Shown in pieces: positions 10,156-20,342 of a stretch of DNA of 64,000 bases. The position numbers and the translations under genes are program-made. The number at the start of each line of letters is the position of its first letter. Position 1 is the stretch's first letter. The DNA comes from Nitrosopumilus sp. (GTDB lineage Archaea > Thermoproteota > Nitrososphaeria > Nitrososphaerales > Nitrosopumilaceae): positions 928,001 to 992,000 of the forward strand of contig OZ242041.1 in the NCBI GenBank assembly GCA_965205215.1. The letters are read 5' to 3'. The notes beneath the pieces were generated by a model. The model was not told where the DNA came from and searched no databases. It worked only from the letters and a program-made list of their open reading frames with translations.

Positions 10156-10821
10156 ATGAGCCTTTTGAGGCGTATAGACGAGATAATCGCAGAGCGCAGC
10201 CTGCTCAAGCACCCGTTCTATGAGATGTGGTCTGCCGGCGAGCTCTCAGCAGAGTCGCTTGCCGGCTACTCAAAGGAGTACTTTCAGCTTGTAAAGGCGG
10301 TGCCCTCGTTCATGGACACCATAATGGAGGCCGCCCCCGACTCCGAGTCCGTTAACCGCGAACTGGCCGAGAACCGCCGGGAGGAGGCGGATCACATAGG
10401 CCCGTGGCTTGAGTTTGCCGGTGAGCTCGGGGTGCCCGAGTCAGAGCTGGCCGGGTATACGGGGCTGCCAAAGACGCGGCAGGCCGTGCACGATATGGGA
10501 TACCTGATGGGGGCAGCCGGGTTTGACGCGGGAGCGGCCGCGATGTACGCGTTTGAAAAGGAGATTCCGCTGGTAAGCCAGACAAAGCTTGACGGCCTGG
10601 CGTCGTTTTACGGGATGACCGGCGAGCGCGCCACGCGATACTTTGAGCTGCACACCGAGGCAGACATCAGGCACGCCGCGCTCTGGAGGCGGATCATAGA
10701 GAACTCTGAGGCGGCGGCGCACCCGGGCGGCGGACGGGCATCCATACTGGAGGACACGGCGTCAAAGTCCGTGTCTGCACAGAACCTGCTGCTTGACGCG
10801 TGCTACGAAGAGTACTGCTGA
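10156..10821 (+). CDS. CADD/PqqC/TenA-like heme-oxygenase-like di-iron protein
   Basis: LLKHPFY..W..G.L, EE..H, YAFE, F..H..AD..H metal-ligand pattern; ATG at 10156 chosen. Confidence 0.8.
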   Translation: MSLLRRIDEIIAERSLLKHPFYEMWSAGELSAESLAGYSKEYFQLVKAVPSFMDTIMEAAPDSESVNRELAENRREEADHIGPWLEFAGELGVPESELAGYTGLPKTRQAVHDMGYLMGAAGFDAGAAAMYAFEKEIPLVSQTKLDGLASFYGMTGERATRYFELHTEADIRHAALWRRIIENSEAAAHPGGGRASILEDTASKSVSAQNLLLDACYEEYC

Positions 10822-10866
10822 CGCGCATACTCTGTCGCGCCAGACTGCAATGACTCTGTACACTCT

Positions 10867-11118
10867 CTAGCTGGCACGGGCTCGGCGCGCCTCAAGCTCG
10901 GCGCGGGACTGCTCGCGGCGCGCACGCTCGGACTTGCTGCCCCACGTGTATCCGCACGCGTTGCACTCCCACTTGTCGTCATCCTCAGTTACGCAGCATC
11001 CGCCCAGGGTGATCCTCCCCTCTGACAGGTCCCGCTCAAATTCCACACTGCCGTTTGGATATCCGTATACGATGCGCGCCGGTTTGCCCTTGCCGCACAC
11101 GGGACATCTTGGAGCCAT
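10867..11118 (-). CDS. small Cys-rich (zinc ribbon) hypothetical protein
   Basis: CPVCG...IVYGYP...LGGCC...WECNACG. Confidence 0.7.
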   Translation of the reverse strand: MAPRCPVCGKGKPARIVYGYPNGSVEFERDLSEGRITLGGCCVTEDDDKWECNACGYTWGSKSERARREQSRAELEARRARAS

Positions 11119-11237
11119 CCGATCAGGTGTACGCCGGCTGCGCATTTAAGCTCGTTTGATCCGCCCGTTGCCGCGGTTGGCGCCAGAGTCCGTTTTTCCC
11201 GGTCTGGATTGGCCGGCTTGGATCTGGACTGTATGTG

Positions 11238-13214
11238 TCATCCGGACGGCCGTCCTTCCAGCTTGCGCAGTATCTCGAGTTCCTGCTCCAGCTCCGGATC
11301 CCCGATTGATTCCATCTCCCTCTCAAAGTGGTCCCCGAACTGCCCCATTATCGCCTGATAGCCGCCGGATACGCTCAGCGGAATGGACTGCCTCTCCCAC
11401 TGTCCCAGCGGCGTGCTGCCTACATGGTGTGGCATGCGGATCCCCTCGGACAGGAACGGCGACACCCCGTCCCCATAGAACGGGTAGCGTTCAAACTCGA
11501 ATCCCTGGTAGTACGCGTAGGACGCCCTCTCATCAAAGGCCCACGTCTTGGCGAGTTCTGCATACTTTGCAAGGAGGATCCCCTTTCGGATTCCTGTGTT
11601 CTCATAAAACGTGGTGCCGCGATCCTCGAGCTCGAACGTGACGGAGTCTCCGCCCATCATACCTGACCTGTCCCTGTAACTCGCGTCCAGGATGATGGAT
11701 GCGTCGCCAGGCGCCCTTTCCAGCTTGAGCAGCACTATCCCGCCCTTTGTCTGCCCGTCCTCGACCTTGGAGGGGAACAGCGTGTTTATCCTCATTATCT
11801 CCCCCGTGGCCAGATCCGCCTCCGGGGATCCGTATACCTGCTCTATCGAGTACCCGTCTGACTCTAACCTCAGGACAAGGTCGAAGACTAGCGGCGTAAC
11901 CATGAACTCAAACTCGTCAGTCATCCTGTCCAGGAACGACGAGGACGAATGTATGGAGTAGTTGGCCCCCCTGACCTTGGTGATGTGCTCCACCAGCTCC
12001 GTGTTAAAGTCCACGCCGATCCCTATCACGGTGGCGTGGATGCCCTTTTGCGCATTCTTCTCAATCATGCCAAACAGCCCAAACTCGCTGACCAGATCGG
12101 TGTTAGGCATCGCGTCTGTGAGGAATATTATCCTGCTTTCATACTCGTCGGGATCCGCGTCCCGCACCGCCTCAAAGAGCGACGTGCCCGCCCTGATTCC
12201 CGCTTCCATGTTTGTCCCCCCGTCTGCATGGATGGCCAGTATGTTCTTCTTCAGCCGATCGCGGTCTGCCGCCCCCATGCTTTCCAGCGGCTTTGCGACG
12301 TGGGCTGTGTTCTCAAAGAGCACTATGCCGAGCCTGTCATCGTCCCCCAGATAGTCAACCATCCCGGCAATGGATTCTGTGGCGACGTTGATCTTTGCCT
12401 TGGCAAAGTCGTCCTCTGGGGCGTCCGGACGCTCAAACCGGTTCCCAAGCTGGTCGTAATAGTACCTGTCAAATGCGCTCTGCATCGATCCCGAGACGTC
12501 CAGGACCACGACCAGGTTGAGCTTCTTCCTCTCAAAGTCGGATTCCTTTATTCCAGAGTTCAGCCCTACTGACAGGTAGTATTCGTCCTTTTCTGAGAGC
12601 GGATCCTGCGAGACTGCATAGCTGTACGACGGGCAGAACAGTTTTTCGCACTGCTGTTCTGCGCCGGTATCAAAGTAATAGTCGCTGAACAGGCCCTCGT
12701 ACGTGATGTCGGTATGGAGCGGGAGAAAGTCGTTTTCTATGTTCTTCCTAAAGTTCTCAACGTCCTGCGCGCCCCCCGCCGTGAGGCCTATGTTTGACGG
12801 TTGACTCTGGAGGCCCTGGGGTTGCGGGGAGCTCTGCATGGCGCTTTTTTCCTCTGGCATCCTCTCTGGCTGTTCGCTCCAAGTGTCCGAATAGAATCTG
12901 GCCTGGTTGTAAAGGCTGGACGGTTTGCCTGATGGCTTTTCAACTAACGGGTTGTCCTGCATTGTCTGTACCATAACCCATCCACGCTGCTGCAGCGCTT
13001 CGGCGGACTTTTCATAGAGGCACGCCGGCACGCCATTCGGCGACTCCATTAGTATCCTTGAGTCCCTGCACTGTATCTCATGTATCGGTATCCCGGAGTT
13101 ATACTGGACCAGGGGTGGGGGAGTGTCTGCCAGCGCGGGAACGGCAGCCGTGCCGGCAACCGAGGCAAACGACAGCAGCAACAGCAACAATACGGAAAGG
13201 GTCACTCTGCCCAT
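11238..13214 (-). CDS. secreted von Willebrand factor A (YfbK-like) protein
   Basis: Signal peptide; MIDAS DVSGSM, GGTNM, LTD; N-terminal PPLVQ..SG...IQC...PAC module of the kind common in thaumarchaeal secreted proteins. Confidence 0.8.
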   Translation of the reverse strand: MGRVTLSVLLLLLLSFASVAGTAAVPALADTPPPLVQYNSGIPIHEIQCRDSRILMESPNGVPACLYEKSAEALQQRGWVMVQTMQDNPLVEKPSGKPSSLYNQARFYSDTWSEQPERMPEEKSAMQSSPQPQGLQSQPSNIGLTAGGAQDVENFRKNIENDFLPLHTDITYEGLFSDYYFDTGAEQQCEKLFCPSYSYAVSQDPLSEKDEYYLSVGLNSGIKESDFERKKLNLVVVLDVSGSMQSAFDRYYYDQLGNRFERPDAPEDDFAKAKINVATESIAGMVDYLGDDDRLGIVLFENTAHVAKPLESMGAADRDRLKKNILAIHADGGTNMEAGIRAGTSLFEAVRDADPDEYESRIIFLTDAMPNTDLVSEFGLFGMIEKNAQKGIHATVIGIGVDFNTELVEHITKVRGANYSIHSSSSFLDRMTDEFEFMVTPLVFDLVLRLESDGYSIEQVYGSPEADLATGEIMRINTLFPSKVEDGQTKGGIVLLKLERAPGDASIILDASYRDRSGMMGGDSVTFELEDRGTTFYENTGIRKGILLAKYAELAKTWAFDERASYAYYQGFEFERYPFYGDGVSPFLSEGIRMPHHVGSTPLGQWERQSIPLSVSGGYQAIMGQFGDHFEREMESIGDPELEQELEILRKLEGRPSG

Positions 13215-13453
13215 TGGGGTGCCTGTGCCATTTTTACTAGTAAAGGCTTTGTCCAGATCTAATGGCTGGTTCTATCCGCACCCCCGGCCGGGCTACCGAG
13301 ATCTGGTCTCGGTTCCCCCCCACCCTCTTTCGGTACGTACGCTTGACTTGCTCTGCCTGTTTTCCTGAGCCGTGCCTGAATCCGCGTGCCGATGGTTATT
13401 TGATGGTCAGCCTTTCACAACATTTTATACCTCATGCGCGGGTCTCTGCTTGG

Positions 13454-13527
13454 GGGCCCGTAACTCAGCTTGGTAGAGTAACCGGCTCATAACCGGTGAG
13501 CCATGGGATCGAAGCCCTTCGGGCCCA
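13454..13527 (+). tRNA. tRNA with CAT anticodon, probably tRNA-Ile2 (Met not excluded); island integration site
   Basis: Acceptor GGGCCCG/CGGGCCC-A, D-stem ACTC/GAGT, anticodon arm ACCGG-CTCATAA-CCGGT; TTTTATA box ~25 bp upstream. Confidence 0.85.
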
Positions 13528-13660
13528 TTCTATCCTTTTGCGAGTCAATTTTGACTCGATCTTTGCCGCCTGATTCCATGCCCGTCAACATGCAGGTTCA
13601 GGGGGAAGTGGGATTTAACCCTGCTGGTTGGGATCGAGCTACTTTCGAACTTGAACTCTG
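13514..13660 (+). repeat. attL-like direct repeat (tRNA 3' end plus ~130 bp)
   Basis: GCCCTTCGGGCCCATTC...GAACTCTG recurs, with scattered mismatches, at 53472-53618. Confidence 0.9.
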
Positions 13661-13750
13661 CAAGGTACGGATTCTGGTGTTGCAGGCATGATGATTCCAT
13701 GTGCTGGTTGAACCCTTAAGGCATTTATCGAAGATTCCGAGACGTGTGAC

Positions 13751-14563
13751 GTGGTACGGTTCTGCCATCACTATTACGGCAACAACTCGGGATTCTGCCT
13801 GAAGTGCGGGGCCGTGCGCCGTAGCACTTCTGGAGGAGGACCGCGGCGCAGCAGGCGCTGGAAGCCGCGGAGGCGGCGTCATCGCAGGGGCGGCCGCACG
13901 CGCGGCATCATGTCCGGAATCGGCAGGTTCATCATATTTAGTATAATTGCAACCGCCATCCTTTGGGGTATCATATACGGGATTGAATGGTTCTCCGATA
14001 GATACAAGCCGCACATGTCCGGAACGGTGGATAATGCTTCCGGGACAGCCGGTGGGGACGGCATACTGGAATGGCCCGGAGCGCTTGACCCCGTGTTCTA
14101 TACCGCAGAGGAGGAATCAAGGGCCAACCTTGAGTATATCAACGGCCTACGCGCGGAACATGACAGGACTCAGATCGCGTTCGATGCAAGGGCATACGAT
14201 CTTGCGCTTGCCCGCGTCCACGACACTCTGGAATACGACTACCGCGACCACGTTAACCCGCACACCGGAACCTGCCCGTACACCATGAAAGGCGAATACG
14301 GCTTTGCCACGCACGAGCAGGTGGCAGAAAACCTGGCGTGGGTAGAAGGGGTGGGTCACATGGGACCCAACGAGGCGACAGACATCTGGATGGATAGCAC
14401 GGGCCACAGGTTTAACCTGCTGTACCCATCACACACCGGCGGGGCAACCGCGTGCGACGGTGGCGTATGCATATTTCTCGGTGTGAACACCGACCTGTTC
14501 GGGGCCAAGTGCGCCACCGCCGCAGAAGGAGAAGCGTACTGGAACGGGCGCTCCGGTGGATAA
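13751..14563 (+). CDS. membrane-anchored CAP/SCP domain protein with N-terminal Zn-ribbon and Arg-rich stretch
   Basis: CHH...CLKCG, TM helix, IN.LR..H, AENLA, WMDS.GHR.NLL CAP motifs. Confidence 0.75.
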   Translation: MVRFCHHYYGNNSGFCLKCGAVRRSTSGGGPRRSRRWKPRRRRHRRGGRTRGIMSGIGRFIIFSIIATAILWGIIYGIEWFSDRYKPHMSGTVDNASGTAGGDGILEWPGALDPVFYTAEEESRANLEYINGLRAEHDRTQIAFDARAYDLALARVHDTLEYDYRDHVNPHTGTCPYTMKGEYGFATHEQVAENLAWVEGVGHMGPNEATDIWMDSTGHRFNLLYPSHTGGATACDGGVCIFLGVNTDLFGAKCATAAEGEAYWNGRSGG

Positions 14564-14794
14564 TATGACAGTCTGGCGCAGCACAATGGCCAACGTGTCA
14601 GGCGCGCATCAGGATTTCTAGTTGAAGCCTTATCCGCGACAGTCAAGACTCGCAGTCGGCCACAGTTGAACCCCCGATCTACCTGCATATGTGATGGTGG
14701 CCCAGACGGCAGATTGTTCTGGGTAGGCTCGCGGTCTGATGCAACAATAACGGAGATGGTTTGTGTAGGGATGGCAGTTACTAGAGTTGTACGT

Positions 14795-14860
14795 GATACT
14801 GGTGCGGATTCATGATATGGATGGTTTGTCGCGTGTATGTCACGAATTCGCACCGGTATC
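14795..14860. repeat. 22-bp motif doublet A (inverted arms, 22 nt spacer)
   Basis: GATACTGGTGCGGATTCATGAT-spacer-GTCACGAATTCGCACCGGTATC. Confidence 0.85.
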
Positions 14861-15319
14861 ATGTCAGGTATGGTTTTTATGACATTGCCTACGTTGTACG
14901 GTACGGCTCCCAACAAAAATAACACCGACTGCACGGATGCGACCGACACATTAAATGAACTAACTAGAAATATTTCCAGTGAACCCAACCATGCACAACG
15001 TGTGGAAACCCCTCATCCACAGAATACGGCGAGACAACGCCGACAACCGACACGCGACGGACGCCCCGATGCAGGCACGCGCGCAACCCCCAAAAAGGAG
15101 CCCGCACCCGGACCAACAACCCCGTATGACATACTTGGTCTGTCCGGTACCGCCACGTGCGCCGAAATCAAGACAAGGTACAGGCAGATGGTAAGGGACC
15201 ACGACTCGTCAAGGGGGCGAATAACCAAGACCGTGCAGGAGAGGGAGATCGACGATGCCGCCATGGCCGCGATCAACAGGGCATACTCAGCATTGAAGAA
15301 AAAGCACGGGTGCAAATAA
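14861..15319 (+). CDS. J-domain (DnaJ-like) protein with HPD replaced by HDS
   Basis: TPYDILGL...A...EIKTRYRQMV..HDS...INRAY..L; stop overlaps Hsp70 start (TAATG); start uncertain. Confidence 0.7.
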   Translation: MSGMVFMTLPTLYGTAPNKNNTDCTDATDTLNELTRNISSEPNHAQRVETPHPQNTARQRRQPTRDGRPDAGTRATPKKEPAPGPTTPYDILGLSGTATCAEIKTRYRQMVRDHDSSRGRITKTVQEREIDDAAMAAINRAYSALKKKHGCK

Positions 15320-17352
15320 TGGCCGTACTTGGGATAGACCTTGGCACCAGCAGCTCGGCCGCGGCCGTACTCTTGGACGGCAGGGTACAGATAATACCCA
15401 ATCCGGACGCGGGCACGACAGGCAAGCCCTTCCCGTCCGTAGTGTCGTTTTTCAGGGACGGCAGCTGCCTGATCGGGGCGCCCGCAGAGGAACAAAGGCC
15501 GTACAACCCGCACGGCACCATCTCAAACATAAAACGGGACATGGGAACAACCCGGCAAATTGAAGTCTTTGGAAAAAGCTTCATCCCGCAGTTCATATCC
15601 GCGCTGCTCCTGATGAAGATAAGGCTTGACACGGAGTCGTTCCTGAACGAGAAAGTAACGCAGGCGGTAATCACGATTCCCGCAAACTTTAACGACGCCC
15701 AGCGGCAGGCAACGCTGGACGCCGGCCGCATAGCCGGGCTTGACGTGGTGCGGCTTTTGCAGGAACCGGTGGCCGCCGCAATGTCATACGGACTCCACCA
15801 TCTGGAGGAACCGTCCAGGATTTTGGTGTTTGACATGGGGGCCGGCACGCTTGACGTCTCCATCCTAGAGGTCGATTCCGGGTTTTTCGAGGTCATCTCC
15901 ACGTCGGGTTCGCAGCATGTGGGCGGCATCGGCATGGACGACGCAGTCTCAGAATGGCTTGCCGAGGAACACGAAAGGCAGCACGGCCAAAAGCCCGCCG
16001 CCGCCCAGTCATTGCGGCGCCTGTCCGAACTCGCAACCATGCTCAAGCATGAATTGTCAGAGCGGGACGAGGCCTCGTTTGACGAGGACATACCGATGGC
16101 GTCCCACCTTGCCGGAAAAATCACAAGGGGTGTTTTTGAAAAATTGATTGGCGGCCTGCTGGATGAATGCAGGGATGTAATCATGCAGGCCCTGGACAAT
16201 GCCGGACTGCACGCGGCGGACATCGACAGGGTGGTTCTTGTCGGCGGCCCAAGCAAGGTCCCCTCCGTACGGCGCCTGCTCAGAACCGCCGTAAGGGAGC
16301 CGGAGGACGGGATAGACCCGTATTTTGCCGTCGTTTCCGGCGCCGCCATACAGGGCGGCGTGCTGGCCAACGACAAGAACCTGCCCGAATTATACAACGG
16401 GCTGACACTGCTGGAGGTCACGCCGCTTGACCTGGCAGAGGAGGCCCGGAAAGACGGGAAGATCGTACCGGTGGTCATGATCCCGAAGAACACGCCATAC
16501 CCGACGTTTCACACCGAGACGTTCTACGTGAACAAGCCGCTTCAAACCGAGGTTGAAATCAGGGTCTGGCAGGGGGATTTTGAGGCGAACCCCGGGTTTG
16601 CGGGGAACGTAAGCCTCGGCGCGTTCGTCCTAAGCGGGTTACGCGCCGGATGCCAGAACGAGGTCGAGGTCAGATACGAGTTGAATGACAACGGCATACT
16701 GACCGTGCGCGCCGCGGAAATTGGGGGCGGCGTCAAGGGCGAGCTCACCATTGACAGGATATGGAGCCGCATGGGCGCCGTAGCGGAACTTGGATACGAG
16801 CAGCCGGACGAGCATGCCGGGAATGAGGAGGAAATGAAGTCATATGAAAGCAAGTACCGGGATGTAATGTCCCCGTATGAGATGCCAATAGGCAATCAGC
16901 AGGAGGAAGCCGGCGACGCGGGCATGTCATGGATGTGCGGCAGCCTTGCCGACGCAAAGGACATCATCAGGACGCACCACGCGGACCTGCCGGTCGACTT
17001 TTTTGACACCGCCAGGTTTGAGCTGTTTTTGCAGGATGACATGCAGTATGCGTACGCATACATCCACCTTTCCGGGGGTCCCGTATACCAGATAGGCATA
17101 CACAAGATGTTTGCGGAACACACGCGCGAGACCCAGAGAAGCCTCGTAGTAACACTGGTGCACGAACTCCTGCATGCCGTACACCCCGACTGGGGGCACA
17201 ACAGGATAAGGCCCGAAGAGCGCAGGCTTGCGAACCTTGCGCATTACTTCGACGCATATGTGGAGCATGAACGCATGTTTCTCAGCGGGCGCATGTCGTT
17301 TTGCAACAACACACACACCAGTGTGGACGGGAAGCGCATATCGTGCGGTTGA
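15319..17352 (+). CDS. Hsp70/DnaK-like ATPase fused to C-terminal zincin (HExxH) metalloprotease-like domain
   Basis: GIDLGT, AVITIPANF..QR.AT..AG, EPVAAA, VFDMGAGTLDVS, LVGG..K.P; C-terminal TLVHELLHAVHPDWGH. Confidence 0.85.
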   Translation: MAVLGIDLGTSSSAAAVLLDGRVQIIPNPDAGTTGKPFPSVVSFFRDGSCLIGAPAEEQRPYNPHGTISNIKRDMGTTRQIEVFGKSFIPQFISALLLMKIRLDTESFLNEKVTQAVITIPANFNDAQRQATLDAGRIAGLDVVRLLQEPVAAAMSYGLHHLEEPSRILVFDMGAGTLDVSILEVDSGFFEVISTSGSQHVGGIGMDDAVSEWLAEEHERQHGQKPAAAQSLRRLSELATMLKHELSERDEASFDEDIPMASHLAGKITRGVFEKLIGGLLDECRDVIMQALDNAGLHAADIDRVVLVGGPSKVPSVRRLLRTAVREPEDGIDPYFAVVSGAAIQGGVLANDKNLPELYNGLTLLEVTPLDLAEEARKDGKIVPVVMIPKNTPYPTFHTETFYVNKPLQTEVEIRVWQGDFEANPGFAGNVSLGAFVLSGLRAGCQNEVEVRYELNDNGILTVRAAEIGGGVKGELTIDRIWSRMGAVAELGYEQPDEHAGNEEEMKSYESKYRDVMSPYEMPIGNQQEEAGDAGMSWMCGSLADAKDIIRTHHADLPVDFFDTARFELFLQDDMQYAYAYIHLSGGPVYQIGIHKMFAEHTRETQRSLVVTLVHELLHAVHPDWGHNRIRPEERRLANLAHYFDAYVEHERMFLSGRMSFCNNTHTSVDGKRISCG

Positions 17353-17397
17353 CATCATTTTATGCCTGATTCTCGGCACTCCTACCATAACCTACAA

Positions 17398-17463
17398 GGT
17401 ACCAGTGCGGATTCGTGACATGGATGGTTTGTAGCGTGTATGTCACGAATTCGCACCGGTACC
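17398..17463. repeat. 22-bp motif doublet B (near-identical direct repeat of A)
   Basis: GGTACCAGTGCGGATTCGTGAC-ATGGATGGTTTGTAGCGTGTAT-GTCACGAATTCGCACCGGTACC. Confidence 0.9.
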
Positions 17464-17490
17464 TTGTACGTAAATGTTAATTATTGACGT

Positions 17491-18675
17491 ATGAATAAGG
17501 TTGACATGCGAATCAGCAGAAGAAAAGAATCATGGTTGATTGGCATACGGCTGCGCGGTAGCCTTCGATCCGATGTACGGAATTACATGAACGACGTTCA
17601 GAGTGATTTTCAGGACGAGAAGAGGCGATATCCACACATTACGTTATTTGGACCATTTTCTACGCGCATGGCAGAACGACATCTAATATACACATTAATG
17701 AGCATTGCCAAAAAATATCCTGAAGCGAGGTTTTCAACAGACGGGTTTTCGTCATTTGATAATAGCGGGTGGTTTTCTGAAGGCCGCGGCATTATAATGA
17801 TCAAAATAGTACCCAATGAAGATCTAAAGCGAATGCGGTATGACATTGCGCAAGAACTACTACCACACTGCTCGCAAGAGGGGGAGTATGATCGAGGCAG
17901 CAAGAACGACTTCAAGTTTCACGCTACGTTAGCGATCGGTAGGACTGGAAAACTCTTCAAAGAGATAAACAAGGAACTCAAATCATATGAATTTAAGCAC
18001 GAAGACATCAAACCGGAACTGATCTTGTATCGCAATCAAGCCCCGGTTTTTACATATCTTACAGGACACGATGTTACGCCCACAAGGCCCAGAAACTTGT
18101 ATGCTGATCCCGAAACGAACCAGAAAGTTATGCCATCCTCCCCCTCTCCCACAGATGAGAGCAGACGTAGGGGAGAGATTTTTGTGGTCAGTGACATGCA
18201 TTTTGACCACAAAAATATCATAAAGTACTGCAAAAGGCCGTTCAGATCCGTCTATGATATGAACCGCGCACTGATCGGCAATTGGAACGACAGGGTAAGG
18301 AAGGGTGACAGGGTGTATTATCTCGGCGACATGACATTCGGAGGAAAAAGAGGATCCATTGACTTTTGGCTCTCTAAACTAAACGGGGAGGTGCGATTCG
18401 TACGCGGCAACCACGACACCGATACCATTACGAGGGCGGAGGTAATAGAGGACAGATTTCCCATAAAGTATGGTGACTACGAATTTCTTTTGATGCACGA
18501 TCCTCACAGGCCACCAGACTGGGACGGGTGGATCATACACGGGGACAAGCACAACAACAGCCCCATTAGATACCCACACATCAACAGAAGAAACAAGACG
18601 GTGAACGTTTGCGTAGAATATACCGATTACACCCCGATGAACCTTGACGAGATCATTGCAAAGATTTCCGAGTGA
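17491..18675 (+). CDS. 2H phosphoesterase fused to calcineurin-like metallophosphoesterase
   Basis: PHITL and FHATL (2x HxT); SDMHFDH, LGD, GNHD, MHDP, IHGDKH. Confidence 0.85.
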   Translation: MNKVDMRISRRKESWLIGIRLRGSLRSDVRNYMNDVQSDFQDEKRRYPHITLFGPFSTRMAERHLIYTLMSIAKKYPEARFSTDGFSSFDNSGWFSEGRGIIMIKIVPNEDLKRMRYDIAQELLPHCSQEGEYDRGSKNDFKFHATLAIGRTGKLFKEINKELKSYEFKHEDIKPELILYRNQAPVFTYLTGHDVTPTRPRNLYADPETNQKVMPSSPSPTDESRRRGEIFVVSDMHFDHKNIIKYCKRPFRSVYDMNRALIGNWNDRVRKGDRVYYLGDMTFGGKRGSIDFWLSKLNGEVRFVRGNHDTDTITRAEVIEDRFPIKYGDYEFLLMHDPHRPPDWDGWIIHGDKHNNSPIRYPHINRRNKTVNVCVEYTDYTPMNLDEIIAKISE

Positions 18676-18687
18676 GTATATAATCAC

Positions 18688-19164
18688 GAGCAAAAGTTCA
18701 TGAGCAAGCATTTGCTCTAAACGGAACCTTTATTGATCATACTATAGTGTGACGCAAAAATCTTTGCGACTGTCAGAACTACACGCGCAACCTTTTTTGA
18801 TCACCGGATGCACCGCTTGGCATGGATGAGAAAGACAGAGACTTGTTTATTCGAGCCTACAAGGCGGAACAAGGCCACCTCGTAAGAAATAGAATCCACA
18901 GTCTGCATGCTCAAGATCAACGGATTGAAGGTATCCGAGGTCACCTCGCTGTGTTATTGCTACTCGCGCACCGTATCCGACTGGGTTCGGCGCTTTGACG
19001 AGGACGGACTTGCAGGCCTGAAAGACAGGCCCCACCCGAGCAGGCCGCCAAAGATAACCCTGAAGAAGATCAGGAGGATTATTGCGGTGGGAGGCGGCAT
19101 CACAACGTCAAGGATGCTTAAGAATACCATACGCGAAAGACACGAGGCGTCCTCGTCATTGTAA
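18688..19164 (+). pseudogene. IS630-family transposase N-terminal remnant (frameshifted, truncated) with IS-end-like sequences
   Basis: SRTVSDWVRRFDEDGLAGLKDRPHPSRPPK HTH; upstream part from ATG 18822 is in another frame; no DDE domain. Confidence 0.7.
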
Positions 19165-19204
19165 TTATATCAACACATGAGAATCAGAAGATTTAATTTA
19201 AAAG

Positions 19205-20035
19205 CTATCCAAATTTGGCAATTAGCTGATCAGTAATTACTGTTGCATATTTCTTATAAAGTGAGATTGATTGTTTTAGATAAGAATCTGTAATTTTCAA
19301 TCGAGTATCTTTACCAACATAACCAGTTTTTGATTTATAATGTTTATCGGGATAAAGATTATTGTGAATCAATATGTGTCTTCTGTAAAATCGTTCTTTA
19401 AATTTTCTATAATTTTTATCCTCGGTTAAATTAATTTTAAACCGCTTCTCTAGATATTTAAAAATACCATCTATGTCATATTTAATTATGTTTTTGACAG
19501 CTTTGGATCTCATATCATCAATTAAAGAATTCATATTTTCAGCAGCCAGTATATCTGAAAAAGTAACTTTCATATCGTGGGATTTTAAGATTTGTGGTTT
19601 TATGGTGAAAACAACATTTAACAGATCATCCAAAAATTCTTCAAATGCAGCGATTAGGTAAACCACAGACATCTCTCTGCAAAATCGATGAAATCTGTAA
19701 TGCAATAAATCTAATTCTAAATCTGTGGAGACAAGCTTAACAAGTAATTGTGAATCTGTTGTAAATTTCTGTCGTTTTTCCGGTGGGAGTGAGTTCCATC
19801 GTTTATATCTGGTGTATTCTTTTTTGTCACTCGTAGTCATTTGTCCAAAAATGTTTTTATGTGCCGCAGTATTTTTAGGCGTTACTTGTTCTTTAACAAT
19901 ATGCGCAACTTCTTTGTTTATGTAAGTTAAAACATCCAAAGTAATTATGAAATGATCACGTGGGTAAGTTAATTGTTCTTTTTTTGATTGTTTAGTAGTG
20001 GAACTAATTTTAGCTACTAAGTAACGTTTTGTCAT
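19205..20035 (-). CDS. HEPN-superfamily putative RNase (very AT-rich gene)
   Basis: VVYLIAAFEEFL plus RxxxxH motif (RHILIH); strongly lower GC than host. Confidence 0.65.
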   Translation of the reverse strand: MTKRYLVAKISSTTKQSKKEQLTYPRDHFIITLDVLTYINKEVAHIVKEQVTPKNTAAHKNIFGQMTTSDKKEYTRYKRWNSLPPEKRQKFTTDSQLLVKLVSTDLELDLLHYRFHRFCREMSVVYLIAAFEEFLDDLLNVVFTIKPQILKSHDMKVTFSDILAAENMNSLIDDMRSKAVKNIIKYDIDGIFKYLEKRFKINLTEDKNYRKFKERFYRRHILIHNNLYPDKHYKSKTGYVGKDTRLKITDSYLKQSISLYKKYATVITDQLIAKFG

Positions 20036-20160
20036 GAACGTATTTTAATTTTGTAGTTATTAAATTTTGTATGAGTTCACGTCGTGCCTAGATTTTGACC
20101 AAAAGGTGATCAAACGTTGACTGTACAGATCCAAATAGTGCGTAGACAAGTATAGCTGAG

Positions 20161-20211
20161 GGTACTGATGCGAATTCGTGACATGGCCACCAATCGGGGG
20201 GGGGGGGGGGG
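20161..20211. repeat. 22-bp motif arm C followed by G16 tract
   Basis: GGTACTGATGCGAATTCGTGAC-ATGGCCACCAATC-G16. Confidence 0.85.
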
Positions 20212-20342
20212 CATGGACTGCCGCACGTACAGAGAGGGTAGGCTTCCAAGGCGTCAAAGGTGCCCGGACTGCGGGCGGTTCATACTGCCTATCGAATACA
20301 TCGTCTGGAAGAGTTAAAGCGGAGGGCGTCCGGGAAGGGGGC

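Noticed and set aside
15319-17352. Housekeeping dnaK/dnaJ
   Set aside because: Divergent, lacks the normal lid, no grpE, J-domain lacks HPD, and located in the island.
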